DNA from: Flavobacteriales bacterium
GTDB taxonomy: Bacteria; Bacteroidota; Bacteroidia; CAIKAF01
Assembly (NCBI GenBank): GCA_026936045.1
Contig: JAIXKU010000215.1
Location: 1 to 53,034, forward strand
Direction of reading: 5' to 3'
DNA: 53,034 bases
This document shows, piece by piece, positions 36,086-45,336 of this stretch (positions within the stretch are counted from its first letter, which is position 1; every line of letters starts with the position of its first letter). A program made the position numbers and the translations under genes. Under the pieces are notes generated by a model that was not told where the DNA came from, made no database searches, and saw nothing but the letters and a program-made list of their open reading frames with translations.

Positions 36086-38041
36086 TTATTTAGGATATAT
36101 AACTGTAGATAATTCGTCGGATAATACTTTCTTGATGATCTCGAGATGTTTAATTTTTTCAAGAATCTGTATCATATCTTCTTCTTCAAGCGGCTGATTT
36201 AATTTTAATTTTTCAGATTCTATCATTTGGTTTAATCGTCGCACTTTAAGCTGATGCAGAGCATCCTGGACAATAGGGAGCATCATATCTGTTTCATTTT
36301 GGATATAAATCTTGTATTTCTCTTGCCATTGAGGGCTGAGCATATATTGCGGACTTATCAGATTGATGGCTTCAGCACGTATCGTGTCATCGTGATGTCG
36401 TATAAAATATTGTTGTAGTTGTTCAATCGTATAGTCAGGCAGCAATTTACACATCTCATCAAAGATAGCGGCATAGACCGGATGCGTGGGCCGTATTTCT
36501 TCAATAATCAAATCCGATTGAATATAATTGAAGACAGAATACGTAATACGTTCATCATCTCCTTCATCATTTTTCTGATGAAATTCTAATAAGCGATCTC
36601 CGTAATTAAGTATCAAACGCAATAGCTCTTTCTCTTGCTCATGTGTATGAGTAATGATCGGATAAACCTGCTCGGCAGGCGTTGTTTTTACCTCATCGCT
36701 TATTGGCAATTCAGTATGGTCAGGATGGATATTTCTCTTAAATCGGCTTCTGCGTTCTTTATTTAGTTCATGAAAAAGGACTTGCTCATCAACATGCATC
36801 TGTTGAGCACATTGCTGAATATACAGATTTCGCATAATGCCATCGGGCACAATAGCAATGCTTTGTATTATATCCTTAATGATGGCGCCTTTTTTTATCG
36901 GATCTTGATCGGCATCTTTCATTAAGATAGCAGCCTTAAACCGAATAAAATCTTTTTTCTCTTGTTCAAGGAATCCGTGCAATGCCTCTTTATCCATTTT
37001 CCGTGCAAAAGAATCTGGATCTTCACCATCAGGGAATAATACAACCTGCACATGCATACCGGTTTCTAGAATCATATCAATGCCTCTGAATGAGGCCTTA
37101 ATGCCGGCAGCATCACCATCAAATAAGACGGTGATCAGATTTGTATAGCGTTTGATCAGATTGATCTGCTCTGTGGTAAGAGAAGTACCCGACGAGGCAA
37201 CCACATTCTCTATGCCTGCCTGATGAAGAGAGATGACATCGGTGTACCCTTCTACCAAGAAGCAGTTATTTTCTTTAACTATAGTGTTTCTAGCAAAGAA
37301 GAGGCCAAATAAGATTTGACTTTTATTGTATATATCTGACTCGGGAGAGTTGATGTACTTTGGAATATTTTTATCTGCTTTTAGTGTACGGCCACCAAAT
37401 CCTAGCACGCGTCCCGTAACGCTGTGAATAGGAAACATCACCCTACCACGATAAACGTCCACTTGTCTATCGCCGGATGAAGTTAAGCCAGCAGCTTTTA
37501 GGTGTTCGAGCTCAAAACCATGAGCAATTGCAGTATCCGTAAAGTGTGTCCATTCGTCAATGGCATAGCCGAGTTGAAATTTTCGAATGGTGTCATCCGA
37601 AAATCCGCGTTCGTGAAAATAGGATAGACCAATGGCTTTCCCTTTAGGATTGTTCCAAAGGTTATCCATGAAGACATTAGCGGCATACGTCGTGATGGTA
37701 AACAGTGTTTCCTTTTGACTTTGTTCTTCCTGAAATTGAGGATCGGGTGTGGTTTCCTCTATTTCTATATGGTATTTTTTGGCAAGAAATCGTAAAGCAT
37801 CAGGATAGGTATAATGTTCATGCTCCATGATAAACTTAACGGCATCGCCCGATGCGCCACAACCAAAGCATTTATAAAACCCTTTGACAGGCGAAACGGT
37901 AAAAGATGGCGTGCGCTCGTTATGAAAAGGACATAGACCAAGCAAATTTGCACCTCTGCGTTTCAGATTTACAAATTCACTAACCACCTCATCAATGTGT
38001 GCAGCATCACGAATACGCTCTATCGTTTCATGGCTAATCAT
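36086..38041 (-). CDS. dnaG: DNA primase
   Basis: Zn-ribbon CPFHNERTPSFTVSP..YKCFGCG, TOPRIM LVEGYTDV...LFDGDAAG. Confidence 0.9.
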   Translation of the reverse strand: MISHETIERIRDAAHIDEVVSEFVNLKRRGANLLGLCPFHNERTPSFTVSPVKGFYKCFGCGASGDAVKFIMEHEHYTYPDALRFLAKKYHIEIEETTPDPQFQEEQSQKETLFTITTYAANVFMDNLWNNPKGKAIGLSYFHERGFSDDTIRKFQLGYAIDEWTHFTDTAIAHGFELEHLKAAGLTSSGDRQVDVYRGRVMFPIHSVTGRVLGFGGRTLKADKNIPKYINSPESDIYNKSQILFGLFFARNTIVKENNCFLVEGYTDVISLHQAGIENVVASSGTSLTTEQINLIKRYTNLITVLFDGDAAGIKASFRGIDMILETGMHVQVVLFPDGEDPDSFARKMDKEALHGFLEQEKKDFIRFKAAILMKDADQDPIKKGAIIKDIIQSIAIVPDGIMRNLYIQQCAQQMHVDEQVLFHELNKERRSRFKRNIHPDHTELPISDEVKTTPAEQVYPIITHTHEQEKELLRLILNYGDRLLEFHQKNDEGDDERITYSVFNYIQSDLIIEEIRPTHPVYAAIFDEMCKLLPDYTIEQLQQYFIRHHDDTIRAEAINLISPQYMLSPQWQEKYKIYIQNETDMMLPIVQDALHQLKVRRLNQMIESEKLKLNQPLEEEDMIQILEKIKHLEIIKKVLSDELSTVIYPK

Positions 38042-38047
38042 ATACTA

Positions 38048-38055
38048 CAAATTTA
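38048..38055 (-). promoter_or_regulatory. Candidate -7 promoter box (TAAATTTG) for dnaG
   Basis: The reverse complement of 38048-38055 is TAAATTTG, ending 6 nt before the dnaG ATG. Confidence 0.3.
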
Positions 38056-38109
38056 AGATGATTTTTGGTGCCTGCAAGATGCTCGTGTTTTAATAAGGGA
38101 TATAAAAAG

Positions 38110-38143
38110 AAAAGCAGCTATATACTCTTATATAGCTGCTTTT
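38110..38143 (-). terminator. Rho-independent terminator (bidirectional-looking) after the 38168-39835 gene
   Basis: Perfect stem GCAGCTATATA/TATATAGCTGC extended by A/T pairs, loop CTCT, T-runs on both strands. Confidence 0.7.
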
Positions 38144-38167
38144 TTAGATGGTTGTGGTTTAGGTTAT

Positions 38168-39835
38168 TTAGTCAAAATGTACTTTTGAAAACCATAATTC
38201 TTTACCGCTTCTGTTAGAACCAATAAAGATAAATGTATGGTCATCTACATAGTTTAATGGGAAGTTATCATCCAAATAGTAATCACCTCCGCCCGGCACT
38301 ATGAATGTTTCCACTTTCTTACCGCCTGAATTAATCTTAGCAATACGTGGTGTATAAAGCGTACGGGCTGTTTCACCATACTGCTTGGCACCCGCTACTT
38401 CATAGATAGTCCAATACACGTCTTTTGTATCAATGGCATTTTTAAAGGTTTGCATTGTTGGGGTAAACTGATTGTATTTATTCTTCTTGCGCATTGGTGT
38501 AGCAAAGTTTGAAACTAACTTACCGGTCTTATCGAAATAGAACGCTACAATATCCAACATTTGGCCTTTGCTATTCTTTTTCTGTCCGCTGATGATAATA
38601 TCATTGGATTTTGTTTGGAACATATCTCCAACTGTAATACGCCCGCCGGCATAAGGTTTGCCTTTTTTCTCTCCATCAATCATTACAAATGTGGTTTTGA
38701 AATCAGCAATAGGATTAAAAGTAAGGTTATCAATACCGTTCTTGCCTACTATCATTACCTGATATCCTCTAGATTTATAAGCGTTTGATTCCAGTGTTGA
38801 ATTGATGTAGCCTGGTGCAACACAGAATCCGGGTATGGAAGGGTTAATCTTTGCTTTGGCCACATTACCAGCAATAACGATATCACCGTTATCTAATTCC
38901 AATAAATCATCTATAATCCACATGCCGTCTGTTGGTGTATCTTTAACATATCTTCTAACCGTATTACCATCGAAATCTATCTCTACAAATTCATATTTTC
39001 CGTCTATACGATTAAAGATATATGCCTGATTGCCGTTGGTCATGAATTTATGAAAGATAGGTGCGGCCTGAACCGGAAATTCAAGAGGCTTCTCACTGAT
39101 TTTCGAAAGATTGGCTATGCCAAATCGTTGAATTGTATATTTTTTACCAAGATTGGGATCTTTGGCAGCCATCTTTGTTTCAATCACAATACCCATAAAT
39201 ACTACGTCGCCTGCATCACCTTTCATCACCCATTTGCTACCCATGCCGCCGGTTTGAACAGTTGTTGTAATGCTGTAATAACCATATGTATTATAGGAAA
39301 CTTGACGCAGATATCGTTCAATATCGTTATTACTCCAATAATTTATTAGCTTAATACGTTCACCATCATCCCCCTTAGGCTTAACTTTTTCTTCAATATG
39401 AAAGCGGTTGTCGCATAGAAAGGTAGTCCAGTTAAAATAATTTTCAATATATCCTTTTTTAAATACGGTCTGATCGGTAAAGGGTACTCTTTCAACAGAA
39501 AGAAGAGGTTCTTTTGATTCCGGACAAAAGTTCAGTGAGAAAGTTAAATGGTATTTTTCTTTAATCTTTTCAAAATCATCTTCAAGATTATCTGATTTGA
39601 TAAAGTTAAAATCCAAATCAAAGTACAAAACCTCTGCCTTCATTTTCTTTGCAGTTGATTTGGTCAGAAAGTATAAAGTTATTTGGTTATTGGCTTTATC
39701 AATCTGAACTTCTTTAAGATTGGTAATCTTTGCTTTCCCAGAAGGATCAAAAGTGGCTTCTTTAATTATCTTTTGTGCGCTACTTAAAATAATACCGGAA
39801 GTTAAGAATAGGGTTAATAAAAGTATTTTCTTCAT
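38168..39835 (-). CDS. Secreted hypothetical protein (about 555 aa)
   Basis: Likely start is the internal ATG at 39835, giving signal peptide MKKILLLTLFLTSGIILSSAQ. Beta-rich repetitive composition with no assignable motif. Confidence 0.5.
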   Translation of the reverse strand: MKKILLLTLFLTSGIILSSAQKIIKEATFDPSGKAKITNLKEVQIDKANNQITLYFLTKSTAKKMKAEVLYFDLDFNFIKSDNLEDDFEKIKEKYHLTFSLNFCPESKEPLLSVERVPFTDQTVFKKGYIENYFNWTTFLCDNRFHIEEKVKPKGDDGERIKLINYWSNNDIERYLRQVSYNTYGYYSITTTVQTGGMGSKWVMKGDAGDVVFMGIVIETKMAAKDPNLGKKYTIQRFGIANLSKISEKPLEFPVQAAPIFHKFMTNGNQAYIFNRIDGKYEFVEIDFDGNTVRRYVKDTPTDGMWIIDDLLELDNGDIVIAGNVAKAKINPSIPGFCVAPGYINSTLESNAYKSRGYQVMIVGKNGIDNLTFNPIADFKTTFVMIDGEKKGKPYAGGRITVGDMFQTKSNDIIISGQKKNSKGQMLDIVAFYFDKTGKLVSNFATPMRKKNKYNQFTPTMQTFKNAIDTKDVYWTIYEVAGAKQYGETARTLYTPRIAKINSGGKKVETFIVPGGGDYYLDDNFPLNYVDDHTFIFIGSNRSGKELWFSKVHFD

Positions 39836-39954
39836 AATATTTAGTTTTAAGAAAGCAAAGGACGTAATTTGTCTGATAATATGCAATAGGTATTTATACC
39901 TATTTTTTACTCTATGCCAAGGAGAAGGGCATATTTAACCAAGCCGATGGTACT

Positions 39955-40530
39955 TTAGCAGGTTGTTTTATCTAATAACCTGGCTCTGTGTAATCTATGA
40001 TTTCCTTACTGATATTTAATATTTGAGCTATTTGTTCACTTGTCTTCTCTTTTACAATCAGCTTTAGAATCTCTATTTCACGTTCTGTTAACAGGTTTTT
40101 TTTATCACATGCTGCGGGTCTTTTTTTTATAAGTTCAGAAATGGTAGGAATTAAGGCAAGAGAGAAATACGTACTGTTATTTGCAATTTTATGAGGGGCT
40201 TCCAGTAGTTCCTCTTTCCCGGAGGTTTTAAGAATAAAGCCATCGGCTTCGGCCAATATGTTTTTCTTTATTACCGGTTCACTATTGTCCCTACTGAGAA
40301 TCTATATTTTGACATGGTTGAATTGCTGTTTAACCGCCTTGCACAGTTCTCCCGACATGACCGGTATGCTGATATCCGTGATTAATATATCAAAATCAGT
40401 GTTGTTTGCCTTTATTCGACTCAAGGCTTCCTGGCATTTTAACCTCAGTGATAATGGAGAACGCGGTTGCATTCTGCTTAAAATTCAAGTTTTTTTGGTT
40501 CAAAAGAAAAAATGGCTAACTTTGCTGCCC
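39955..40530 (-). pseudogene. Decayed NarL/LuxR-type response regulator
   Basis: The minus strand reads ...DFDILITDISIPVMSGELCKAVKQQFNHVKI*ILSRDNSEPVIKKNILAEADGFILK..., with an in-frame TAG at 40302-40304. The LuxR HTH LTEREIEILKLIVKEKTSEQIAQILNISKEIID follows, then a frameshift near 39990: the expected HRARLLDKT continuation is in another frame and ends at 39955. The N-terminal part of the receiver domain is unreadable. Confidence 0.6.
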
Positions 40531-40543
40531 TTTGATAGAGAAC

Positions 40544-40620
40544 GGTCTGGTAGTTCAGCTGGTTAGAATACGTGCCTGTCACGCACGGGGTCGCGGGTTC
40601 GAGTCCCGTCCAGACCGCCA
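40544..40620 (+). tRNA. tRNA-Asp (anticodon GTC), CCA encoded
   Basis: Hand-folded cloverleaf: acceptor GGTCTGG/CCAGACC, D-arm GTTC..GAAT, anticodon stem CGTGC/GCACG with loop CTGTCAC, T-arm GCGGG-TTCGAGT-CCCGT, discriminator G, CCA. 77 nt. Confidence 0.9.
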
Positions 40621-40625
40621 AGTTT

Positions 40626-40656
40626 AAAGCCTTCTCTGCACAGAGAAGGCTTTTTT
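40626..40656 (+). terminator. Rho-independent terminator after tRNA-Asp
   Basis: AAAGCCTTCTCTG / CAGAGAAGGCTTT inverted repeat followed by TTTTTT. Confidence 0.75.
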
Positions 40657-40792
40657 ATTTATTGTACTTTTTAGTTTGGCACAAATTCTTCTTAAAAAAA
40701 ATTCCACTTAATACTACCCAAGCAATGTTTTATTTACTTTTGAAAGTAGATTCAGTCAAAAGTAAAATTACTATTTATTAATATCTATCTAA

Positions 40793-41899
40793 ATGAAAAA
40801 ACTACTCATTCTTGCATTGGTTTGTTTTGCATCTGTAAGACTTTCAGCTCAAATCACCATTACAGCGGCTGATATGCCGGTTGCTGATGACACCTTGTAT
40901 TATTCTACAGCTAATCCTATAGGTAGTGGCTTTAATGCCGGGGATAGTGGTGCCTCAGCTATTTGGGATTTTAGCACTTTATCCAAAATCATCTCCGGGA
41001 CGGATACTTATCAGAAAGCTGCCAAGGTAAACATCTTGTATGCTGCTCTCATCGGACCTACTGCTTATGGGTACAAAATAGGCGATTCTATACCCGGTAT
41101 TGGCGCAATGCTGCCTATTTCTATCAATGATATTTATAACTTCTATAATAAAAAGAATGCCCCTTCTCGCTTTATAACAGAAGGATTTGCTGCTAAAATC
41201 GCTGGTGTCCCCACTCCTTTGCAATATGCAGATGAAGATGAAATTTACTATTTTCCTCTCCAATATGGAGACAGCTCAAAAAGTACTTTCTTGCTGAACA
41301 TACCCATCCCTACCATTGGCACTCTCAGAATGAAGGGTACACGAACTACTAAGGTGGACGGATGGGGCACTATCACAACTCCTTATTTTACAACCCCTGT
41401 TAATTGTATCAGAGTGAGAAGTGAGATTGATGAAATAGATTCTTTCATTACCAATTTTATAAAAACAGGGATTCCGCGCAAAACCGTTGAATATAAATAC
41501 CTTGTGAAAGGAGAACATTTTCCTGCTGTATGGGTAACTGCCAATATTATAGGCAATACCGAAACCGTTTCAAGTATTCGCTTTAAAGACAGTATGCCAT
41601 CACAACCTGTTGATACTACCGGCAATGGTCACAACACCGGATTAAATGTTAATCCTTATAGCAATCTTAATCTGAATATTTATCCCAATCCGGCTGACAA
41701 AGAAATGGTAACTATTGATATTCCTCAAAATTGGAATGAATATGTTGTGTCTGTGTATGATGCACAAGGTCGCTTGGTTTTAACCCAACAAAATTCCAAT
41801 CATGTGGATTTGCGCACTTTACAATCGGGTTATTTTATAGTACAGATTATCAGTAATTCAGGGTTTGGATATGGAACTGTACTCAATCAAGGAGAGTAA
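40793..41899 (+). CDS. Secreted protein of unknown function with T9SS sorting domain (paralog of 3452-4561)
   Basis: Signal peptide ending RLSAQ, the same AQITIT..D.P / WDFS.L / YGDS / VDGWG.ITTP landmarks, and CTD IYPNPADKEMV...GYFIVQI. Confidence 0.7.
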   Translation: MKKLLILALVCFASVRLSAQITITAADMPVADDTLYYSTANPIGSGFNAGDSGASAIWDFSTLSKIISGTDTYQKAAKVNILYAALIGPTAYGYKIGDSIPGIGAMLPISINDIYNFYNKKNAPSRFITEGFAAKIAGVPTPLQYADEDEIYYFPLQYGDSSKSTFLLNIPIPTIGTLRMKGTRTTKVDGWGTITTPYFTTPVNCIRVRSEIDEIDSFITNFIKTGIPRKTVEYKYLVKGEHFPAVWVTANIIGNTETVSSIRFKDSMPSQPVDTTGNGHNTGLNVNPYSNLNLNIYPNPADKEMVTIDIPQNWNEYVVSVYDAQGRLVLTQQNSNHVDLRTLQSGYFIVQIISNSGFGYGTVLNQGE

Positions 41900-41903
41900 G
41901 CCC

Positions 41904-42518
41904 TTATTTTTTTAACTGAGAAAGTACTGAAGCTAAATGCACCGCTTTAATCAGCGTTTGCAGGTATTGAATATCGGCTTTGTTCTTGCTTGCAAACTCT
42001 TGCATTGATAGTTCTATTTCTCGAAAGCGCTCCGGCTGGAAGACCGGCAAATGATAGCTGTCTTTTATCTTGCTGATTTGTTTAACTAATTGATGACGTT
42101 CGTGGGCTATACCCAACAGTCTATTATCCAATTCATCTATCTGACTTCTTAGATTGCGGAGTAATTGCACATCAGTGGAGGTGGGTTTAGTGTGTCCGGA
42201 TTGGGTTATTCTTTTCGAAATTGAGTTTGTTTGTTTTGTATCAAAATTTTCATCGCAAACAATTCCATCAATGCCGGCTTTTATAAGGTTGTCTATCAGA
42301 TTTTGACTGCTTGTATTGCTTGCAAGATAAAACACTTTGGAGTTTTGGAAATGTATTTTGAGGTCAATAAAAGAGCGAATAATCCACTCCAAATTATCAC
42401 CTTGCAAAACCACATCAAATGTGGCTTGTATCTCATTGTATATTTTTTTGGCAACAGCTAAGGCATCAGAGCCCTCGGCAATAGAATATACCGGAGCTTT
42501 GCTTATTTTCTTTGTCAT
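41904..42518 (-). CDS. Chorismate mutase (AroQ type II) domain protein with an unassigned roughly 100-aa N-terminal domain
   Basis: The C-terminal 90 aa (LRNLRSQIDELDNRLLGIAHERHQLVKQISKIK......PERFREI) fit the CM_2 pattern L..lR..ID.iD..ll.Ll..R. The N-terminal part is unrecognised. Confidence 0.55.
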   Translation of the reverse strand: MTKKISKAPVYSIAEGSDALAVAKKIYNEIQATFDVVLQGDNLEWIIRSFIDLKIHFQNSKVFYLASNTSSQNLIDNLIKAGIDGIVCDENFDTKQTNSISKRITQSGHTKPTSTDVQLLRNLRSQIDELDNRLLGIAHERHQLVKQISKIKDSYHLPVFQPERFREIELSMQEFASKNKADIQYLQTLIKAVHLASVLSQLKK

Positions 42519-42536
42519 AATTGTAGGTTGCTAAGA

Positions 42537-43355
42537 TTATCGTTCAGCGTGATTTAACTTTAGCATATTCAAACCAACTTCAAACAGATGTTCAGGCTTC
42601 AATGGTCTTACCATGAATTCTGCCTTGAGCGGCTCTTTTGTATATATTGCACATTTGGTATGAGCAACCTGATATAAGTTTTGGTGTTCGTTTGCTGGTA
42701 CCGCGTCTAATATTGCTTGCAAGATTTCCCAACGAATATGTTCAGGTGAATAACCGTAATCATGCCAAACGATTATGCTTTGGTCATTCCTGCGCATGGC
42801 AAGTGCATTTTTGCTGTCGGATAGCACATTAGAGTAGTGGTGGTCGCCATCTACAAATATTAAATCACAAGCATTATTCAATGCTGAGAAATCATAGTGC
42901 AGGCTGTCTCCATAAATTTGTTTAACATGGCTGCTTTCATTGGGCAACAACATTCCGGACTGTTTAATATATTCGGGGTTCGCACCGCGTTTTTTTAATT
43001 CTTCTTGTGACAAGTTCATAGTAAAAGCCTTGTCAACAAAGGGTGCAACATTCATTACACTTTCTCCGCGCCAAGTACCAATTTCAAAATAGGTTTTCAC
43101 ATCCGTTCTTTGTGCTAATTGTGCCAAAAGAAACAAATCCGTAGGAAGTGAGCCTCCTTCTAAAAAGAAATAGGGGGAAACCTTATGTTCGGGCTTGATA
43201 ATAAAATGCTGTAAAGACACGATAGGCAAGCCATGTGGGAGATTGTATTTTTTAAGAATCTGAATCTTAGCCTCATCATCATTAGGGTTGAGAACTCTCA
43301 GCAAAGTTTTAGGGTTGGAAATAATCGTTTTGAGAATGAGAAACAATCGTTTCAT
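42537..43355 (-). CDS. Class I SAM-dependent methyltransferase (Methyltransf_24-like)
   Basis: YFEIGTWRGES and LIFVDGDHHYSNV motifs. Confidence 0.6.
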   Translation of the reverse strand: MKRLFLILKTIISNPKTLLRVLNPNDDEAKIQILKKYNLPHGLPIVSLQHFIIKPEHKVSPYFFLEGGSLPTDLFLLAQLAQRTDVKTYFEIGTWRGESVMNVAPFVDKAFTMNLSQEELKKRGANPEYIKQSGMLLPNESSHVKQIYGDSLHYDFSALNNACDLIFVDGDHHYSNVLSDSKNALAMRRNDQSIIVWHDYGYSPEHIRWEILQAILDAVPANEHQNLYQVAHTKCAIYTKEPLKAEFMVRPLKPEHLFEVGLNMLKLNHAER

Positions 43356-43366
43356 GGCGTGCGAAG

Positions 43367-44269
43367 TTACTTTCTTTTGGCTCTCGGATGAAACTCATCA
43401 ATGGTTTTTCGTAAAAAAGTGCGATCAAGATGCGTGTAAATCTCGGTGGTTGTAATACTCTCATGACCAAGCATTTGCTGAACCGCTCTTAAATCTGCAC
43501 CGTTTTCTACCAAATGAGTAGCAAAAGAATGGCGAAACGTGTGCGGAGAGATGTTTTTCCTGATACCGGCTTTTGTTGCCAGGTCTTTAATCATTGTAAA
43601 AACTGCCACCCTGCTGATTTGGGTTCCTTTGCTTTGATTGATAAAAACAACATCTTCGGCTTCTTTTGCCACATGCCAATGTGTTCTGACACGGTGTATG
43701 AAATGAGCAATCTGTTCAAGTGTATGCGGGTCTATGGGAACCAGCCTTTCTTTATCTCCCTTTCCTCTGACTCTGATAAATTCATCAGTAAAAAATATAT
43801 CTGAAATTTTGAGTCCGGTCAGCTCACTCACTCGCAATCCGCACGCATAAAGGGTTTCTATCATGGCGAGGTTGCGTTCTCCATCTCTTTTGCTGCGGTC
43901 TATGCAATTGAGCATTCGCACAATTTCTTCATAAGATAGTACGGTGGGTAGTTTGCGCGGATTTTTGGGTAACTCGATGCTATCCATAGGATTGCGCTCG
44001 GTTAAATTTTCCAAAATCAGATATTTATAAAACTGCCTTAAACCTGATATAATACGCGCTTGACTTGTGCCACTAATGCCAATTTCATTCAAAAATGTGA
44101 TAAATCCTTTGAGGTCTTTTGCGGTTAATTTTTCCGGACTTTTACTTTCGTTTATATACTGAATCAACTTGCTGACATCCTGTAAATAGGCTTGAACTGA
44201 ATTCTTTGAAAGGGACTTTTCGAGCGTAAGATAGTGAGAAAAACCTTTATAGACAGTAGCCCAACTCAT
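43367..44269 (-). CDS. xerD: Tyrosine site-specific recombinase XerD
   Basis: 300 aa. N-terminal SAM-like domain (FSHYLTLEKSLSKNSVQAYLQDV), catalytic GLRVSEL, HTFRHSFATHL, LGHESITTTEIYTHL. Confidence 0.8.
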   Translation of the reverse strand: MSWATVYKGFSHYLTLEKSLSKNSVQAYLQDVSKLIQYINESKSPEKLTAKDLKGFITFLNEIGISGTSQARIISGLRQFYKYLILENLTERNPMDSIELPKNPRKLPTVLSYEEIVRMLNCIDRSKRDGERNLAMIETLYACGLRVSELTGLKISDIFFTDEFIRVRGKGDKERLVPIDPHTLEQIAHFIHRVRTHWHVAKEAEDVVFINQSKGTQISRVAVFTMIKDLATKAGIRKNISPHTFRHSFATHLVENGADLRAVQQMLGHESITTTEIYTHLDRTFLRKTIDEFHPRAKRK

Positions 44270-44278
44270 CCGGTATTA

Positions 44279-45145
44279 TTAGTGGAGTGGAATTTCTTCT
44301 ACTTGAATGACGGAATTATCGCTCTCGTCCAATACTACCGCCACAAGACTACAAGAATTTCTAACCCAGTCTTTGTTCCAGTCAAATTCAAAATCTTTTT
44401 CAAATATTCTGCCTTTGACTAAAGGTTCGCCTAATCTGCTACCCAGAGCATTGCCTATGGAGCCTCTCAGCACATGGTTGAATTCGTAATCTTCAATATA
44501 GGGTGATTTGCCCGGTTCATTGGTTGATTGTTTGCCAATAATTCCATTTTCAATAATATAAAGAGCCAATTTGTGGCTTTCGTTACTCTTGTCTTCGGTA
44601 TAGGTGAGTTTGGTTCGCAAAATAATTTTATTATTAGCAAGGTTTTCGAAACTAAGCGTAATAATAACGGGAGAAGTTCCTCTTCTTTGTTTATAAGAAG
44701 TTTCCCATTGATTGATTACTAAGGCTGCATTGGAACCAAATTTGAATCTGTCTATGTAGCCTCCCGGTAGTCCCACGGGCATTCCAATCGCGTTTGCAAT
44801 TTCCTCAGCAGCATCGGTTCTTAAATCTGCATTTCCTGCCCATGGATCGGAATAGATGGGCAGGGATTTGATATAGATTGCCATGGGCACAATGGTGTCC
44901 CCATATTTATTCTTTAGTCTGACAGATTCTTCTGCGGCTTTGGGACAGTTCACACATCTCACACCCGTAATATCTTCAATCAAAATCTTTTTATAAACAG
45001 AAGGAATATTGTCTAATACAATATAAGTTGTGTCTTTAAGCGTAGCGGGGGCGTTTTTTTGATTTAAAATCCCATGATCTTCTTCTTTGCAGCCAAATAA
45101 CAATACGGAACAAATAGAAATCAGAATAATGGTTCTCATGTGCAT
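44279..45145 (-). CDS. Omp28-related outer-membrane lipoprotein
   Basis: Lipobox LLFGC and ITGVRCVNCPKAAE (a TG..C..CP motif typical of Omp28-like proteins); 288 aa. Confidence 0.5.
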   Translation of the reverse strand: MHMRTIILISICSVLLFGCKEEDHGILNQKNAPATLKDTTYIVLDNIPSVYKKILIEDITGVRCVNCPKAAEESVRLKNKYGDTIVPMAIYIKSLPIYSDPWAGNADLRTDAAEEIANAIGMPVGLPGGYIDRFKFGSNAALVINQWETSYKQRRGTSPVIITLSFENLANNKIILRTKLTYTEDKSNESHKLALYIIENGIIGKQSTNEPGKSPYIEDYEFNHVLRGSIGNALGSRLGEPLVKGRIFEKDFEFDWNKDWVRNSCSLVAVVLDESDNSVIQVEEIPLH

Positions 45146-45336
45146 GGTACAAAAATAATCTTAATTATTATTTGCTTATTAAGGAAGTGATTTTATCTCT
45201 TAAAATCTTTATTTAAAAACGATAGACATGACAAAGTGAGTTCAAGGGTTACGGCACGTCATTATAAATAACTGTTTAAAATAGACTCTTGCAATAATCA
45301 CCGCCTATAAAAATTTATAGCCAGAATATTGTCTGT

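Noticed and set aside
40258-40781. Plus-strand ORFs 40258-40566 and 40572-40781 from the ORF track
   Set aside because: The first is the antisense of the decayed response-regulator gene. The second runs through the tRNA-Asp gene and its terminator. Both are low-complexity and lack motifs, so they are spurious.
40544-44269. Integrated island at tRNA-Asp with the tyrosine recombinase at 43367-44269 as its integrase
   Set aside because: The recombinase is 300 aa with the XerD-type N-terminal domain and catalytic motifs, so it looks like the housekeeping dimer-resolution enzyme. I saw no direct repeat of the tRNA 3' end and no phage, transposon or conjugation genes in between.
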